From NCBI GenBank assembly GCA_963845755.1, contig CAWJTV010000033.1, positions 224,001-288,000 of the forward strand: a stretch of DNA of 64,000 nt, read 5' to 3'. A model generated the notes under the pieces. It had not been told where the DNA came from. It did no database searches and saw only the letters and a program-made list of their open reading frames with translations. The DNA comes from an uncultured Planctomycetota bacterium (lineage in GTDB: Bacteria; Planctomycetota; Planctomycetia; Isosphaerales; Isosphaeraceae). A program made the translations under genes and the position numbers. Shown in pieces: positions 31,880 through 46,183 of the stretch. Each line of letters begins with the position of its first letter. The first letter of the stretch is position 1.

Positions 31880-34800
31880 TCAAGGACGTCCGAGAGCTCC
31901 GACAATGGCAGCCTTGAGCTTCTCGACATCGCGCCCGGTTCGAACTCGGCGTCGGCGACGATCTTGCCATCGGGGCCGATGACGGCGTAATCCGGGATGA
32001 AGCCGACATGGAAGTCGTCCCAGGGTTTCGCGTCCCAGCCGGCCAGGAGCGCCTGCGGCCAGTCCATGCCGTGGCCGTCCAGGAACGCGCGCCATTCCGG
32101 GTCGTCCATCCCGGTCGCCATTGAGATCATGGCGAAGCGGTCGGTGCGCCCGGAAAGTTCCCGATGAAGCGCTCGCAGCCCGGGAATCGCACGGATGCAC
32201 GGGCCGCATTTCGGCCCCCAGAAATGGACCAGCACGACCTTGCCCCGATGATCGGCCAGGGCGAATCGCATGCCGTCGCGCGTCGTGACCGAGAACTCGG
32301 GAGCGCGCTGGCCGACCTTCGCGTAAGAGATCTTCGCGCCCTGGTACAACTCACTGATCTGATCGAACGGCTGGATCGTGTGGAGCGACGGCAACTTCGA
32401 TCTCAGATCCCGGATGGCTTCTCCCGACACGGTCTTCGTCTCGAGGCCCAGCATCCGTAGCGATGTCAGCACCTCCAGGTGTCGCACTCCTTCGTCGCTG
32501 ATCCGGCCGCCGATGACCAGGAAATCCAGATGCTTCATGCCGGACAGGGCCGCGAGTCCCTTATCGGTCAGGTGAGGGTCCCGGAGTCTCAGGTCAGTCA
32601 TGGCGGTCAGGGGCGCAAGGTGTTCGAGAACTTCGTCGGTGATCCGGCCGTCGTACTCGAACTTCTCCAACCGCGTCAGGCCGGAGAGATAGGCGAACTC
32701 CGCCGGTTCGAAGTCGATGCCGTCGCGCGGCGGGCGCCGCCCCTCCACCTTGGGCAGATCGAGCCAGGTGAGGGACTTGAGGTTCCGGAAGGGCCGGAGC
32801 GTCGGCCGGCCGGGCTTCGGCGACATCTGGTAAAGGTGAAGCTCCTTGAGATTCGGAAACTTGTCGAGCTGGGCCAGGTCGTCGAAGGTCAGGGATTCAT
32901 CGCTCAGGGTGAGCGATTCCAGGGAGGGCGCCTGGCTCAGGGCCGCGAGCCCGGCTCCGTCGAGCGCGCTGCCCCACAGATGGAGCCGCTTCAGGGTCTT
33001 GATGCGGCTGAGCGCGAGCATGCCCTTCCGCGTGATCGTTCCCTGGGAGCTCGCGAGCTGGAGATCCTCGAGCATTGGCAGCGTGGCGAGCGGGGCCAGT
33101 CCGGCGTCGCCGTACGTGCCGCTGCTGAGATGAAGTTGCTTGAGCGTGCTCATCCCGGCCAGCCGAGCCAGTCCGGCATCCGTGAACTGACCGTATCCCA
33201 AGCTGAGACTCTCGAGGGCCGGCAGTTGGGCCAGGTGAGCCAATCCTTCTTCGGTGAAGGAGTTCCCACCGGCTCCCAACCCCTTGAGCTTCTTCAGGCC
33301 GGTGAGGTGCGCCAGTCCGGCGTCGTTGGCGCCGGTCGAGTCGAACCTCAGGCTCTGGAGTTCCGCCAGCCCACCGACGACCTCGAGACTGGCATTGGTC
33401 GCCTTGGTATAGCTGTAACTGAGCGATCCGAGCCTCTTGAGATCCTTGAGGTAACCGATTCCCTGATCGGTGATCTCGGTCATGCCGAGATCGAGACTCA
33501 CGAAGGACGTCATGGTGCCCACGGACCGGAGTGCCTCGTCCGTGATCCGGGAGCGGAACAAACGGAGGTTGCGGAGGTGTCGTAAGCCCGCGATGTGGCG
33601 GATCCCCTCGGCCCCGATCAGGCTGTCGCTGAGGGAGATCGACTCGAGCCGTTCCAGTCCGGCCAGGGGTTTGAGGCCCTCATCGGTGATGAAGTTACCG
33701 CTGAGGACAATCTCCTTCAGACCCTTCAAGTGTTCCACATGATGGAGGGCATCGTCGCGTGCGCCGAGGTGATCGAGCCTGAGCGACTGAATCGCATCAG
33801 GTGCGAGTTGATCCAGCGGCGAGAGGTCTGCGATGGCCGCCTTGCTCAGGTCGAGTCGAATCAATCCCCTGGCCGGGAGCCGCACCCCGCCCCGGGCGTC
33901 GCCGATCCGTCGCCAGGGATCTGTCACCAACATGGGGGATAGGTCGAGCTCGTCAGCATCCTGCATGTAAAGGATTCCCAGGGCGCGGTCGTCAGGAAAT
34001 CGGATCGTTCGGCCCACCGGCAGGCTTCGCCGAGCGTCGAGATCGGGCGGTTGAAGGTCCTGCCGTTCACCCCGCGCCAGGACTCCCGCGCCGACGGTCG
34101 CGATCGCGCCGGCCGTGAGAAGGATCATCGCGGCGGTCCTGAGCCTGGCACGGAACATGGCCCGGAGTGCCGCGTCGGTCCACGCGAGGGCCCGGGCCGA
34201 GGTCGCTCCGGCGGCGAGGGCGTCGAGCGTGAGGGATCTCATCGAGCTTCGGATGGTCGTCTGGAGCAGTTCCGGCGCGATCGCGGCATGCATTGGAGTT
34301 GGAAATACTGCGGCGGCGAGCCCAGCAACCGACAGGGAAACACCGCGCCGGACCAGTCGCGACCGCAATCGAGCTCGGGCGCGGGAGAGACGCGCCAGAT
34401 GGTCCCCACCGGACACCCCAATCGCCGCGCCGCCGCGTCGGTGAACAAACCCTCCAGGTGGCAGAGAACGACCGGGATCCGGTAGCGTTCGGGGAGCCGG
34501 TCGAGCTCATCGAAAAGGATGGCGATCTCGTCGCTGCCGGGGCGTTCGGCGTTCTCCGAGGCGATCCGCCCGGCGTATTGCTCAGCGCCCCGGCGTTCTA
34601 CCTGGCGGCGCCGGGCGGATTCGGTGCCCGCGCGGACGGCGATTCGATAGGCGACCCGGCACAGCCAGCTCGCGAGCGAGTCGCCGCCGCGGATCGAAGC
34701 CGCCTTGCGGGCCAGCACCAGGAACGTGGCCTGGAACGCATCATCCGCATCGTTCGAGTCGGATAGCACGCTACGGCAAACATTGAGAACCAAAGGAGCG

Positions 34801-34934
34801 TGCCGGCCCACCAGCACCTCGAGAGCCATCCGATCGCTTCGCGACGCGAACCGCTCCAGCAACTCGAAATCCGAAAGGCCCGTCAACGTCCCCGAGGCGA
34901 ACAATGTGGCAAGCCCGGCCTGAACGGGATCCAT
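31880..34934 (-). CDS. ECF sigma-70 factor fused to TM segment, leucine-rich repeats and a TlpA/redoxin domain (frameshifts near 34400 and 31935)
   Basis: DADDAFQATFLVLARKA, LPERYRIPVVLCHLEG, many L.L....ITD.GL..L repeats and GKVVLVHFWGPKCGPC. Confidence 0.85.
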
Positions 34935-35124
34935 TGGCAAACCCTCGCTTTTTCCCCGAGACAACCCTCAGGATGATCTCCTTCATAAGAGGCGGGAAGG
35001 ACGCGTTGGCTTGCATACCGATCGGGTATTGGGCTGAGATTTCCATAACCGGTCTTGGTGGCAGATTACGTTAAGACGCCAGAAATGGACGAGAAATGCC
35101 AGGTGCCGTTGCAGGGCCTGTGGC

Positions 35125-35355
35125 TCATCCCTCCTCGGCCAGCCGGATCGCCGTCAACCGGCGGTCGGCATTGGTCAGGAGATAGAAGCCCCTATCCTCG
35201 TGCCTGTAATCGCTGAGGATCGGTTGCCCGTCGCGGATGGGACGAGCCTCGGTGGCGTGCCGTTTGATTGCCTCGATCATAACGGGCCGAGGGACGTGAG
35301 TCAGGAAGTCAGGCGAGGCAATGATGGCTCCCAGGCGGAAGAGTGCGGTTTGCAT
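35125..35355 (-). CDS. Small hypothetical protein resembling plasmid-associated proteins
   Basis: LFRLGAIIASP...ILSDY...LLTNADRRLTAIRL pattern; GGAG upstream. Confidence 0.45.
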   Translation of the reverse strand: MQTALFRLGAIIASPDFLTHVPRPVMIEAIKRHATEARPIRDGQPILSDYRHEDRGFYLLTNADRRLTAIRLAEEG

Positions 35356-36293
35356 GGCGAGGTCTCCGTACTTGGGTCGCCGTGCCGGCGTTGAAAGAAA
35401 TCGATAAAGCAACAATGCAATCGCAAGCATTGAGTCTAACTTGGCAACAAACCTGCTAGCAAGCGGTGCGCCAGATAAAGGAGAAAGGAGGGCTGTTCCT
35501 TGCGGTTCACGGTCCGGCGGCTCAGGACTGGGATCGCATTGCTCGCCGTCCTCCTCCTGGGGGAGCGAATCCGGGAGCAGTGGGTCTTCTACTCCGCACA
35601 ACCCATCTTGTCTGCACCTGTTCCCGCCACGATTCCGCCAACGTCGGCATGCCATGGGCGAGCGATTTGTAGATTGCACCGATTGGCGATTCATCTTCGA
35701 GTTTCCGATCATCTCCTCCATTCTTGGGAGCTCTCCGATGAACAGCCGAGAGATCGTTTCGATGCAATATCCCGAAGCACAATCGGTGGAAGAATCGCTG
35801 AGATTTTGGCGATCCCCACGGCCTGAACGAGGACACTGGTTCGTGTACGCGGGGCCAGAATTGGACGCTCGCGTATTGGGTCGAGGCATTACCGAGGCCC
35901 AGGCTTGGGCTGACGCTTCCCGGAGATTTGGAAAGGCCAAACGAAGAGTGAAGTTGCTTGTCGCGCGCTGATTGAACGCTTCCGCCCGCTTGAGGGTGGT
36001 CGGGGCATCGCTGTTTTCGGAGCGGCTCTCATCGCTCGGTAGGCTCATTGGCGTCCGTTCAGACTCATGGATGTCAGAGGATTCTCCGCGCCGTCGGCGA
36101 GTCCGAACTGCTGCTAGGCCTTCTGGACTTCCCGCATCAGGCCCGCACCGACAGTGTACCCGTTTGACAGTCTTTTCCTCCCCGTTGCAATTGTCTTCCT
36201 CCGGGTCCATCCTAGAGAGACCATGGGGCGTGCATCGCCGCGCCCCGAACGAACGAGCAGACCGATCGAGGGCATCAACGGGGAGCGACCATC

Positions 36294-37658
<1,365 letters not shown>

Positions 37659-37820
37659 TGGTGGATTGAGGGAAGTCGTCGTCAGAGACGGTCGTTGTCC
37701 GATCGGCGTTTCGGGGGAAATTCGATGCGGTTGATCTAACGGAGTCGGCTAAGAACCGCTTGTGATCTTCGATGTAAGCGTGGATTGCCTCGCACAGCGG
37801 CAGCGGCTTCGGTTCCTCGG

Positions 37821-38035
37821 TCATGACTGAACTCCTCTCGCAATGCGTTTCTTCAGCCTCCGATGCTCGATGATGAGCAGCCTCGACTCGTTCTCCGGCA
37901 CTTTGTTCAGCGCCTCCCAATTCCTGACCGTGCGTTCGGTGCGGTTGGTGATCCGCGCCACCTCGAACCGCCAGCGATCCTTGCTGTGATCGGGGAGGAA
38001 GTCCTCCCCGATCTGCTGCATCTCGGCGGCGTTCA
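37821..38035 (-). CDS. Small HTH-like hypothetical protein
   Basis: EVARITNRTERTVRNWE; ATGA overlaps with both neighbours. Confidence 0.6.
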
Positions 38036-38693
38036 TGCAGCCTCGTCGTCTTCGCCGACGTTCTCGAAGGTCTGAGAGGCGTAGCCATACTCCTTCGGGT
38101 CGCACCGTGGGTTCAAGTCGAACCAGAGCTTGACGCCTTCTGCGTCTTCCAATTCCTGCTCGTCAGCCAACCTGCCCTCCAATGTATTTCACGATGCCGG
38201 CATTCCGGCCCTTATCCTCGTCGGCATACTCCAGAGTGATTTCTACCTCGGGAAACTTTGCGGCTATCGCTTCGAGCACTGAAGTCGGCGCGGCCCATGC
38301 CGTTTCGAAGTCGATCACATGATCCGAAAGCCGCTTATGATCGTATGCGTTCCATTTCGTGCCCCACTTGGCAATGCCCCAGTCGTACCAATCCGAGAAT
38401 CCGGTCTTGGCTATTTCCCGCAGCTCGTGGCTGGTCAGCAGGCGATCGGGCTTCTTATTCGGATCGTTATCATCCACGCTATTATCAGTCCACCAAGTGG
38501 AAACGCGTTGACCTTCTATCGTGTTGGAGCCTCTGCCAACGTTTTTCAAGACCTCGGGCATGGGGATGATTTTGTCGAAGTCGATCAGCCGTTCTTTGCC
38601 GTCGGCGTATATGCCTTTGATGGCGTCGAAGACCTTCGAGACTTTGCCGGGGTCGCCTAAAATTGTGAGCCGATTTGAAATGTGATTTGGCAT
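38032..38693 (-). CDS. DUF1281/YubB-like ferredoxin-fold protein (frameshift near 38170)
   Basis: MPNHISNRL, FDKIIPMP, WYDW...WGTKWN and FETAWAAP; GGAGG RBS. Confidence 0.8.
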
Positions 38694-39094
38694 GTGCCCT
38701 CCTTGGTTTTGCGAGTCGGGCCTCATTGCCTGACAAGAGAACATTGGTTGAAATGATTTCCATTGCAAAGGAAAATGTTTCACAAAAATCAAACAAAATA
38801 AACCCACCCGCAGACGGTGCGGCCTTGCTCGGTAAAAGCCCCATCCCCCCATGAATGCAGGCGCGCAGCGCCACTTGGACGCGAAGCGTCCGGCGGAGCG
38901 CGATAGGGATCGTTACCTTTGGCGGAGACTCGAAGAGGCTCCGTGAGCGCAGCGAGTAGAGCCCGACCCGGTAGAGATCGCCCAAACCTGGATTTTTACT
39001 GTACGCCCGTTGACTTCTCGCCGATAAATTGTTCCAATCCCCGAATCCGGCGGCCCGGACGGCAACCACCAGCGGCAAGATAAGGACAGCAGAG

Positions 39095-39505
39095 ATGACG
39101 GATACGATTCCGAAATGGCAGCGCGTGACCGGATGGGTGCTCTCGGGCATCCTCGCCCTCTTGTTCCTGCCTAGCGCCTTCTTCAAGATCGCGCAACCCA
39201 AGGGCTTCATCGAGGAGTGGTCCAAGACCTATCCCGCCGGCTCCGCCCTGCCGCTAGGGGTCATCGAGCTGACGCTGTTTGTCCTCTACCTCGTCCCGAA
39301 GACGCGCTACCTCGGCGGCCTCCTCATGCTCGCCTACCTGGGCGGCGCTGTGGCGACCCACCTACACGCCAACGACGGGATGTTCTTCGTGCCGGTCATC
39401 GTCGGCATCGTCGCGTGGCTCGGGCTGTATCTGCGCGACCGCAAGCTCCGCGCCCTCGTGCCGCTCGTGGCTGAGAGCGTGTCTGTGAATTCCCGAACGG
39501 CGTGA
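39095..39505 (+). CDS. DoxX family membrane protein
   Basis: LYLVPKTRYLGGLLMLAYLGGAVATH. Confidence 0.9.
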   Translation: MTDTIPKWQRVTGWVLSGILALLFLPSAFFKIAQPKGFIEEWSKTYPAGSALPLGVIELTLFVLYLVPKTRYLGGLLMLAYLGGAVATHLHANDGMFFVPVIVGIVAWLGLYLRDRKLRALVPLVAESVSVNSRTA

Positions 39506-39618
39506 ATGGGGCGTGCGCGACACGCGAGCGATAAAATCCGATTTTTTCTGTCGAATGCGAGGAACGCCATTCGACCACTTTAGTGGACAGTCACCATCCA
39601 AGTGTCCAGGAGCCAAAT

Positions 39619-40473
<855 letters not shown>

Positions 40474-40542
40474 GGAAGCTGAACAGCTTTACGGCAATCG
40501 AGCGTCCTAGCAGGCAAAACATCCAACAGACGGAGACTCACA

Positions 40543-41122
40543 ATGAGAAAGATCAGGATCTTCGAACATATCTCGCTGGACGGCGTGATCGCTCCGCCCG
40601 GAGACAGCGACTTCGCGAATGGCGGATGGTCGGCACCGTATCGAACTCCGGCCGGGGCAGCGGCCCTCGCCGAGAGCACAGGGCAAGAGCTTCGATCTGC
40701 TGCTTGGCCGCCGCACCTACGATCAATGGGCCGGCTTCTGGCCGAAGGTCAAGGACGGTCCGTTCGCGGACGGTCTGAACGCCGCGACGAAATATGTCGC
40801 AACCCACAGGCCGGAGAGCCTCGAATGGGGTCCGGTCGGCGACCTCGGCGCGGACATCATGGAGGGGATTCGCGGCATCAAGTCAAAGGACGGCCCCGAC
40901 CTGATCGTCTGGGGAAGTTCGACGCTGACGTCCGTGCTGCTCGAACAGGGACTGGTCGACGAGGTTGTGCTGATCGTCTACCCGGTCTTGCTGGGCCGGG
41001 GCAAACGCTTCTTTTCGGACAGTGCCGACCCGCGCGAACTCGCTTTCGTCAGCACGAAGGCCACGCCCACGGGCGTGCTCATGAACACTTATCGGTACGT
41101 TGGGTCGCTGCTGCCGAAGTGA
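40543..41122 (+). CDS. Dihydrofolate reductase/RibD C-terminal family protein (frameshift near 40680)
   Basis: ISLDGVI, LLLGRRTYD, GSSTL and PVLLGRGKRFF. Confidence 0.9.
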
Positions 41123-41173
41123 GCGGCTGAGCCGGCGCCAATAACCGAGAGACTGAGGCAAGGACGGAATCCA

Positions 41174-41545
41174 ATGAACATTCTATTGTGGGTCCTGCAG
41201 GTGCTCGCCGCGCTCCTGTACGGAGCGTCGGGAATCATGAAGGCCTTCATGTTCGAGAAGGTCAGCCATGACGTCCCTTCCTTCGGCGCGTTGCCGCGGG
41301 AAGCCTGGAAGACCCTGGGGATCATGGAGCTCATCTGCACGGTCGGGCTGATCGTCCCTTCCGCCCTCCGCTGGTGGCCTGCTCTCACGGTGGTTGCCGC
41401 CACGATTCTGGCGATCGAAAGCCTCGTGTTCATCGGGGTGCACGCCAAGTACCGCGAGATTGCGCCCATTATTCTGTGCAGCGTTCTGGGCCTCGTCATG
41501 GCGTTCATCGCGTGCAGCCGGATGGTCCTGATGCCGATCATCTGA
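41174..41545 (+). CDS. DoxX-like membrane protein
   Basis: MNILLWVLQVLAALLYGASGIMK and four TM segments. Confidence 0.85.
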   Translation: MNILLWVLQVLAALLYGASGIMKAFMFEKVSHDVPSFGALPREAWKTLGIMELICTVGLIVPSALRWWPALTVVAATILAIESLVFIGVHAKYREIAPIILCSVLGLVMAFIACSRMVLMPII

Positions 41546-41665
41546 CCGGCGACCAGTTCGAACCCTCAACCCGTCGGGCCGATCGATGATGCTGGCCCTG
41601 GCTGCCTCAATGAATCTCCCGGTACATGGGGAGGAAAACGGGGACAGGAGGAAAACGGGGACCGT

Positions 41666-42948
41666 TGGCCTGCCCCCCAAAACCTGGTCCAGTCTTAATG
41701 GGAATCGTACAACTGGCAGAGAGCCAGGGAGCGACCCATGCGAAAACGACCCCGACCGGACCAGATTGCATCCATCCTTCGAGGCTTCCAGGCCGACCTC
41801 GACGCCGGCTTGACCCTCCACCAGGCCTGCCGCAAGGCCGGCATCGGACCCACCACCTACGACCGCTGGAAGGCCCTCCAGGAGGACCCCGTATCAAGTG
41901 AACAACTTCGCATTTCAGAACTCGAAGCCGAGGTCGATCGGCTCAAGCTCTTGGTCGCCGAGCTGGCGCTCGACCGCCGTATGCTCCAGGAGGCCTTGAA
42001 AAAAAGCCATGACCGCCCTCAGACGCCGTCTGATCGTCAACGAATTATGTGAAGAATTCCACGTGTCTCAACGTCGCGTGGCGCGGTGCTGGACCTGGCC
42101 CGGTCCGGCCTCTGCTACGCGCCGGTCGTGCGCGATGAGCAGACGGCGTTGGCGCGACGCATCGAAGGACTGGCCGGGGACCACCCGCGGTTCGGCTACC
42201 GGCGGATCTGGGTCCTGCTCGATCGCGAGGGCTGGACGGTCAACAAGAAAGCCGTGCGTCGCCTCTATCGCGAGCTGGGGCTGAGAGTGGCTGTACCGCG
42301 GCCCAATCCCAAGCCGCGCCGCCCGCATGGACAGGACCAGAACGCCTGCCATCTCCGGCCCTCGCGCGGCAAAGACGACGTATGGACATGGGACTTTATC
42401 TTCGATCGTACTAGCGACGGTCGCAGTCTCAAGTGGTTGAGCATTATTGATGAATATACTCGAGAATGTCTGGCGTTGAAGGCGCGCCGGAACATGACGG
42501 CCGAGGACATCCGGGCCATCCTGGCCGAGGTCGCGGCCGGTCGCGGCGGCTCGCCCTACCGGAGGCGGAGCGACAACGGACCGGAGTTCGTTGCCGAAGT
42601 CGTGCGGTCGTGGCTGGAGGACACCGGCTCCGGGACCTGGCCCGTGGCGCCGGGCAGCCCCTGGCAGAACGGCTATGCGGAGTCGTTCATCGCAAGGTCC
42701 GTGACGAGTTCCTGAACCGCGAGGAGTTCGAGAGCGAACCGCAGGTCATGGCCTTGGGCGCGCTCTGGAAGGAGGAGTGCAATACCGAACGCCCGCACAG
42801 TTCTCTGGGATACCAGACACCGGCCGAATTCGCGGCCACTTGTGAGAGGTATGTGCCTATCAATGAAGACCTGCCCGATCCCTCGTCTGCTGTATCAACG
42901 AACAGGTGATTCCCATTATCACTGGACCGAGAAATGGGGAGCAGGCCA
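41666..42948 (+). mobile_element. IS3 family insertion sequence
   Basis: TG...CA ends; inverted repeats tggcctgccccccaaaacctggtccagt / actggaccgagaaatggggagcaggcca; orfA HTH from 41738; A-run frameshift window near 42000; orfB with WTWDF, SDNGPEF and PWQNGYAESF. No target duplication seen. Confidence 0.93.
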
Positions 42949-42994
42949 AAAAAAGACGATGAAGCTGAATCGGTCCACGCAATAGGAAGACCAT

Positions 42995-43075
42995 GGCCGG
43001 GTAGACCTGGGTGCGCGCCCCCCAATCCCCTCACAGATCCCGACGTGCGCGTCAAGTCCTCATCCGAGAACTGTC
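42995..43075 (-). ncRNA. Group II intron domain V-VI relic
   Basis: Minus strand reads cggatgagg...cgcacgtcgggatctgtgagggg...ccaggtctacccggc, the typical DV/DVI 3' end. No RT ORF. Confidence 0.65.
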
Positions 43076-43540
43076 ATCTCGTGCCTCTCTCCTTTCTTAC
43101 CCCGGTGGACCGTGTGCGTCGGAGCATCCAGACCCCGACTTCTAGGTAGCGACCTTTCAACTCGTGCTGGAGCAACGCAACTGCTAAGAGACGATGATCG
43201 GAACGCTTGGCAGCTTGAGCCGTTAGAAGCGTTCTAGTTTCTCCTTTCAACTGAGCGGATCGCGATCGGGAAGCCAATCTGCGTCGCCCTCGAGCCGAAG
43301 CCCGATCGCGAACTAATCGCCGTGCGGCCAATTCGCCGGAACAAGGGTGAGACGGCTATCAGTCAGCCCTGAGAAATCCGCCCCTCGGGCGGTAGGCCGG
43401 CACGCGGAAGCCGCGTGGATGGCGACCGAGGGCCGGCAAAGGCCGTAAGGGGACGGGCTCGAAGGCGGCTTCGAGTGCGACCGCTATCAGACCCTGAAGA
43501 ACCCGGCTGAACCTGGAACACGCCCACCCGCCACCGGCGG

Positions 43541-45016
43541 CTAACTGCTGTCCAGTCGGATCTGGATCGGCCCGGCTCCGGCCGGCTCGAAGACCTCGTC
43601 CGGCCAGTGTCGAAACCGCAGGCTCTCCAACAATCGTTGCGCCATGTTCTTCAACGAGCCGAACAGCTCCACGGCCGTTCGCTTCCCCTGCTCTTGGGCC
43701 AGGTGCCGCAACAGGCTCCCCTTCTCCACCAGTTGCAACAGCAGATGGGCGATCTGCAACAGGAAATAGTAGGCCGGCCAGCATCTGTGGCTGTAGGCAT
43801 GTTCCAGGTTCAGGCCACTGTTCTTCTGGGTGTTAAATCCCTCGTTCTCCTCGCGCCAGCGTGCCCTCCCTCCGTTGGTCGCTACTTCCACCACAGTCTC
43901 GTGGCTCAAATCCAGAGAGGTCACCCACGACCATTCCGTCTGCTTTCCCTCCTTGCCCGTCTCGGTGCACTCCAGAGCGTTGATGGTCCAGTCCCGACCA
44001 TCACTGTCCCTGTAGTGCAGGCCGTTGATCCAGCGATAGACCTGCCGGACCCCTTGCGGCGTCATCCGTTCCACGCGCTGGTCGGGACACAACCGCAGCA
44101 ACCCCTGGAAATCCTCCCAGAGGGCGGGAAGTCGTCCAGGCTGAAACGTGTAAATGTAGTCGCATCGATAATCTTTGGCGACCTGGAATCCTTCTCCGCA
44201 GGCATACAGGCCGTCACCGCCGAGGCAAATCCGCAACTGCGGGAACTCGATCCGCAACTTCTCCACCAGGCGTCGCAAGGCCTTCAACTCGCAATCCTGC
44301 TTGATCCGTTCCGCGCTGGCACCCGCTGGGGCACTGGCGACGTCGTGGTTGTCGATGAACTCACTGGCGATCGAGATGACCGTGCCGGCCGGCCCCAGCA
44401 CCTTGGCCTCCAGCACCTGGTGCATATATAGCGTCGTCTCACCGTGCCGCTGGGTCAGGCAATCGTCGCAATGCCGGGAGTGAAACACCAGATAGCCCGA
44501 GCCGTCAATCAAGACGACGAACCGCCCCTGCAGCCGCGCCGCGTCCAGAGCCTTCATGCGGATCAACCGCTGGACCATCCGCTGCCGCAACCCGGCGATG
44601 GGGTCGGGGCCGATTTTCCCCAGGAAGTACTCCAAGGTCTGGTTCACCGGCCGGCTCTCTTGCGCCGTACCCGCCAGACGATTGAGATTGGGCAGGACCT
44701 CCGGGCCGTCGGTGTTCAACTGGTAGTCCAGTTGGCGCCGGCTGCTCAACTTGCACAGGAACAAACTCAGCCCCCACCACAGCAGGAACCGCTTGTGGTA
44801 GATCACCAAGGGGGCAAACCGCGGGTCATCGATCGCATCGATCCAGGTGTTGAGATCGGGGAAGAAGTGACCCAGGGTTCGCACCAGGATAGGTCCGATG
44901 TTCAGCGTCGTCCCCGCCGCCGCTTTCGGTGCGAGACGTGGCCCTGGATCAAGGCCAGGGTCAACTGGCTGATTTCGTGGATCAGGCCTTTGAGACGTTG
45001 GTGTTCTTGCACCCAT
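43541..45016 (-). CDS. DDE transposase (true start probably near 44940)
   Basis: LIDGSG, KQDCELKA, GDGLYA and GRARWREENEGFNTQKN. Confidence 0.88.
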   Translation of the reverse strand: MGARTPTSQRPDPRNQPVDPGLDPGPRLAPKAAAGTTLNIGPILVRTLGHFFPDLNTWIDAIDDPRFAPLVIYHKRFLLWWGLSLFLCKLSSRRQLDYQLNTDGPEVLPNLNRLAGTAQESRPVNQTLEYFLGKIGPDPIAGLRQRMVQRLIRMKALDAARLQGRFVVLIDGSGYLVFHSRHCDDCLTQRHGETTLYMHQVLEAKVLGPAGTVISIASEFIDNHDVASAPAGASAERIKQDCELKALRRLVEKLRIEFPQLRICLGGDGLYACGEGFQVAKDYRCDYIYTFQPGRLPALWEDFQGLLRLCPDQRVERMTPQGVRQVYRWINGLHYRDSDGRDWTINALECTETGKEGKQTEWSWVTSLDLSHETVVEVATNGGRARWREENEGFNTQKNSGLNLEHAYSHRCWPAYYFLLQIAHLLLQLVEKGSLLRHLAQEQGKRTAVELFGSLKNMAQRLLESLRFRHWPDEVFEPAGAGPIQIRLDSS

Positions 45017-45258
45017 TCTTGGACCTCCGTGAGCAGGTCCTGGGGCACATACACCGTGCGAGTCTTACCCCCCTCCGAGAAGGTGAGGTGGTGGGCGGAG
45101 TGCAACGGGCCACCGTGGTGGCAGGCGCAGGAGGGCTGGCCGCAACGTTTCTGCACCTGGGCCAGGCTGGCCGCCAGGAGCGGCCCAGCCGGAGCCAGTT
45201 GCTTGAGGCGGCGGTCGAGCATCCGACGGACCAGCGTGGGGTGGCTCGGCACATGCAT
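44902..45258 (-). CDS. DUF6788-like IS accessory protein
   Basis: RCGQPSCACHHGGPLH and GKTRTVYVP. Confidence 0.8.
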   Translation of the reverse strand: MHVPSHPTLVRRMLDRRLKQLAPAGPLLAASLAQVQKRCGQPSCACHHGGPLHSAHHLTFSEGGKTRTVYVPQDLLTEVQEWVQEHQRLKGLIHEISQLTLALIQGHVSHRKRRRGRR

Positions 45259-45580
45259 CGATGGGCCCCTGGAACTTCCGGTAAGTGGACCTTATACCGG
45301 GAAAGGCCCGAAAAGTCATGAGGTGCGAAGAAAAAAATTGAGGGCCTAGGATGGTCGGGCACTTCAACAGAGGTTCTACTCGGGACTTACGCTGCCGTCA
45401 AGGTGCGACAAATTCCCCAATTCCTCAGAGCTGGCTATCAGTGATTACTCTCGCCCGACAAGATTCTAAGTCGGTTGAATGAGTTCTTTTTGCTTTTGAT
45501 CTTTGTTATGCTGCTCAGGTCGCACAAGCTTGCATTCAGACGAGGCCGGGGGAGATTCCGGGTTTCAGGAGATGATCCCG

Positions 45581-46183
45581 ATGCGGCGAGAGCACTCCTC
45601 GCGGACGAGCGTGACTCTGCTGGGGCGGCTCCGTCGGGAGCCGAACGACCAGGCGGCCTGGAATGATTTTGTCGCGCGGTACCGGCCCCAGATCCTCCAG
45701 TGGTGTCGTCGCTGGCGACTCCAGGAGTCCGACGCCCAGGACGTGACCCAGGTTGTGCTCCTGAAACTCAACGGATTGATGGCGACCTTCGTCTACGATC
45801 CGTCGCGGAGTTTCCGTGGCTGGCTGAAGACGCTCACGCATCATGCCTGGCGTGACCTGGTGTCCGATCAGCGGCGCGTCGGCATCGGCAGCGGCGACGG
45901 CGCAATGCGCGAGTTTTTCGAGAGCCTGGAAGCCGGCGACGACCTGGTCCAACATCTCGAGGACGAATTCCGCCGCGAACTGATGGACCAGGCGATGTTG
46001 CGAGTCCGGCCGCGGGTCGCCGCTCGGACCTGGGACGCGTTTCGGCTGACGGCGCTGGAGGGATGCTCGGGTAACGCGGTCGCTGCGCAGCTCGAGATGA
46101 AAGTCTCCCACGTGTATGTGGCCAGGAGTGAGGTCAAGAAAATGATCCAGAATGAGGTCCGGAAGTTGGAAGGGCTCGAATGA
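45581..46183 (+). CDS. ECF RNA polymerase sigma factor
   Basis: TSVTLLGRLR, DQAAWNDFV, DAQDVTQ, SFRGWLKT and TWDAFRLTALEG. Confidence 0.93.
   Translation: MRREHSSRTSVTLLGRLRREPNDQAAWNDFVARYRPQILQWCRRWRLQESDAQDVTQVVLLKLNGLMATFVYDPSRSFRGWLKTLTHHAWRDLVSDQRRVGIGSGDGAMREFFESLEAGDDLVQHLEDEFRRELMDQAMLRVRPRVAARTWDAFRLTALEGCSGNAVAAQLEMKVSHVYVARSEVKKMIQNEVRKLEGLE

Larger units (their letters stand above)
43366..45345 (-). mobile_element. Two-gene DDE insertion sequence (ISNCY/IS4-like)
   Basis: Short ends GCCCT(G/C)A enclose the two ORFs below; the boundaries are tentative. Confidence 0.65.

Noticed and set aside
31129..34416. LRR-redoxin-YVTN fusion
   Set aside because: A frameshift near 31935 skips the stop at 31880; the downstream gene has its own RBS and signal peptide at 31743.
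35125..36210. 361-aa ORF
   Set aside because: Only the last 76 aa look like a protein; the rest has no recognisable coding features.
43074..43331. Intron maturase or RT next to the DV relic
   Set aside because: No YADD or other RT motif seen.
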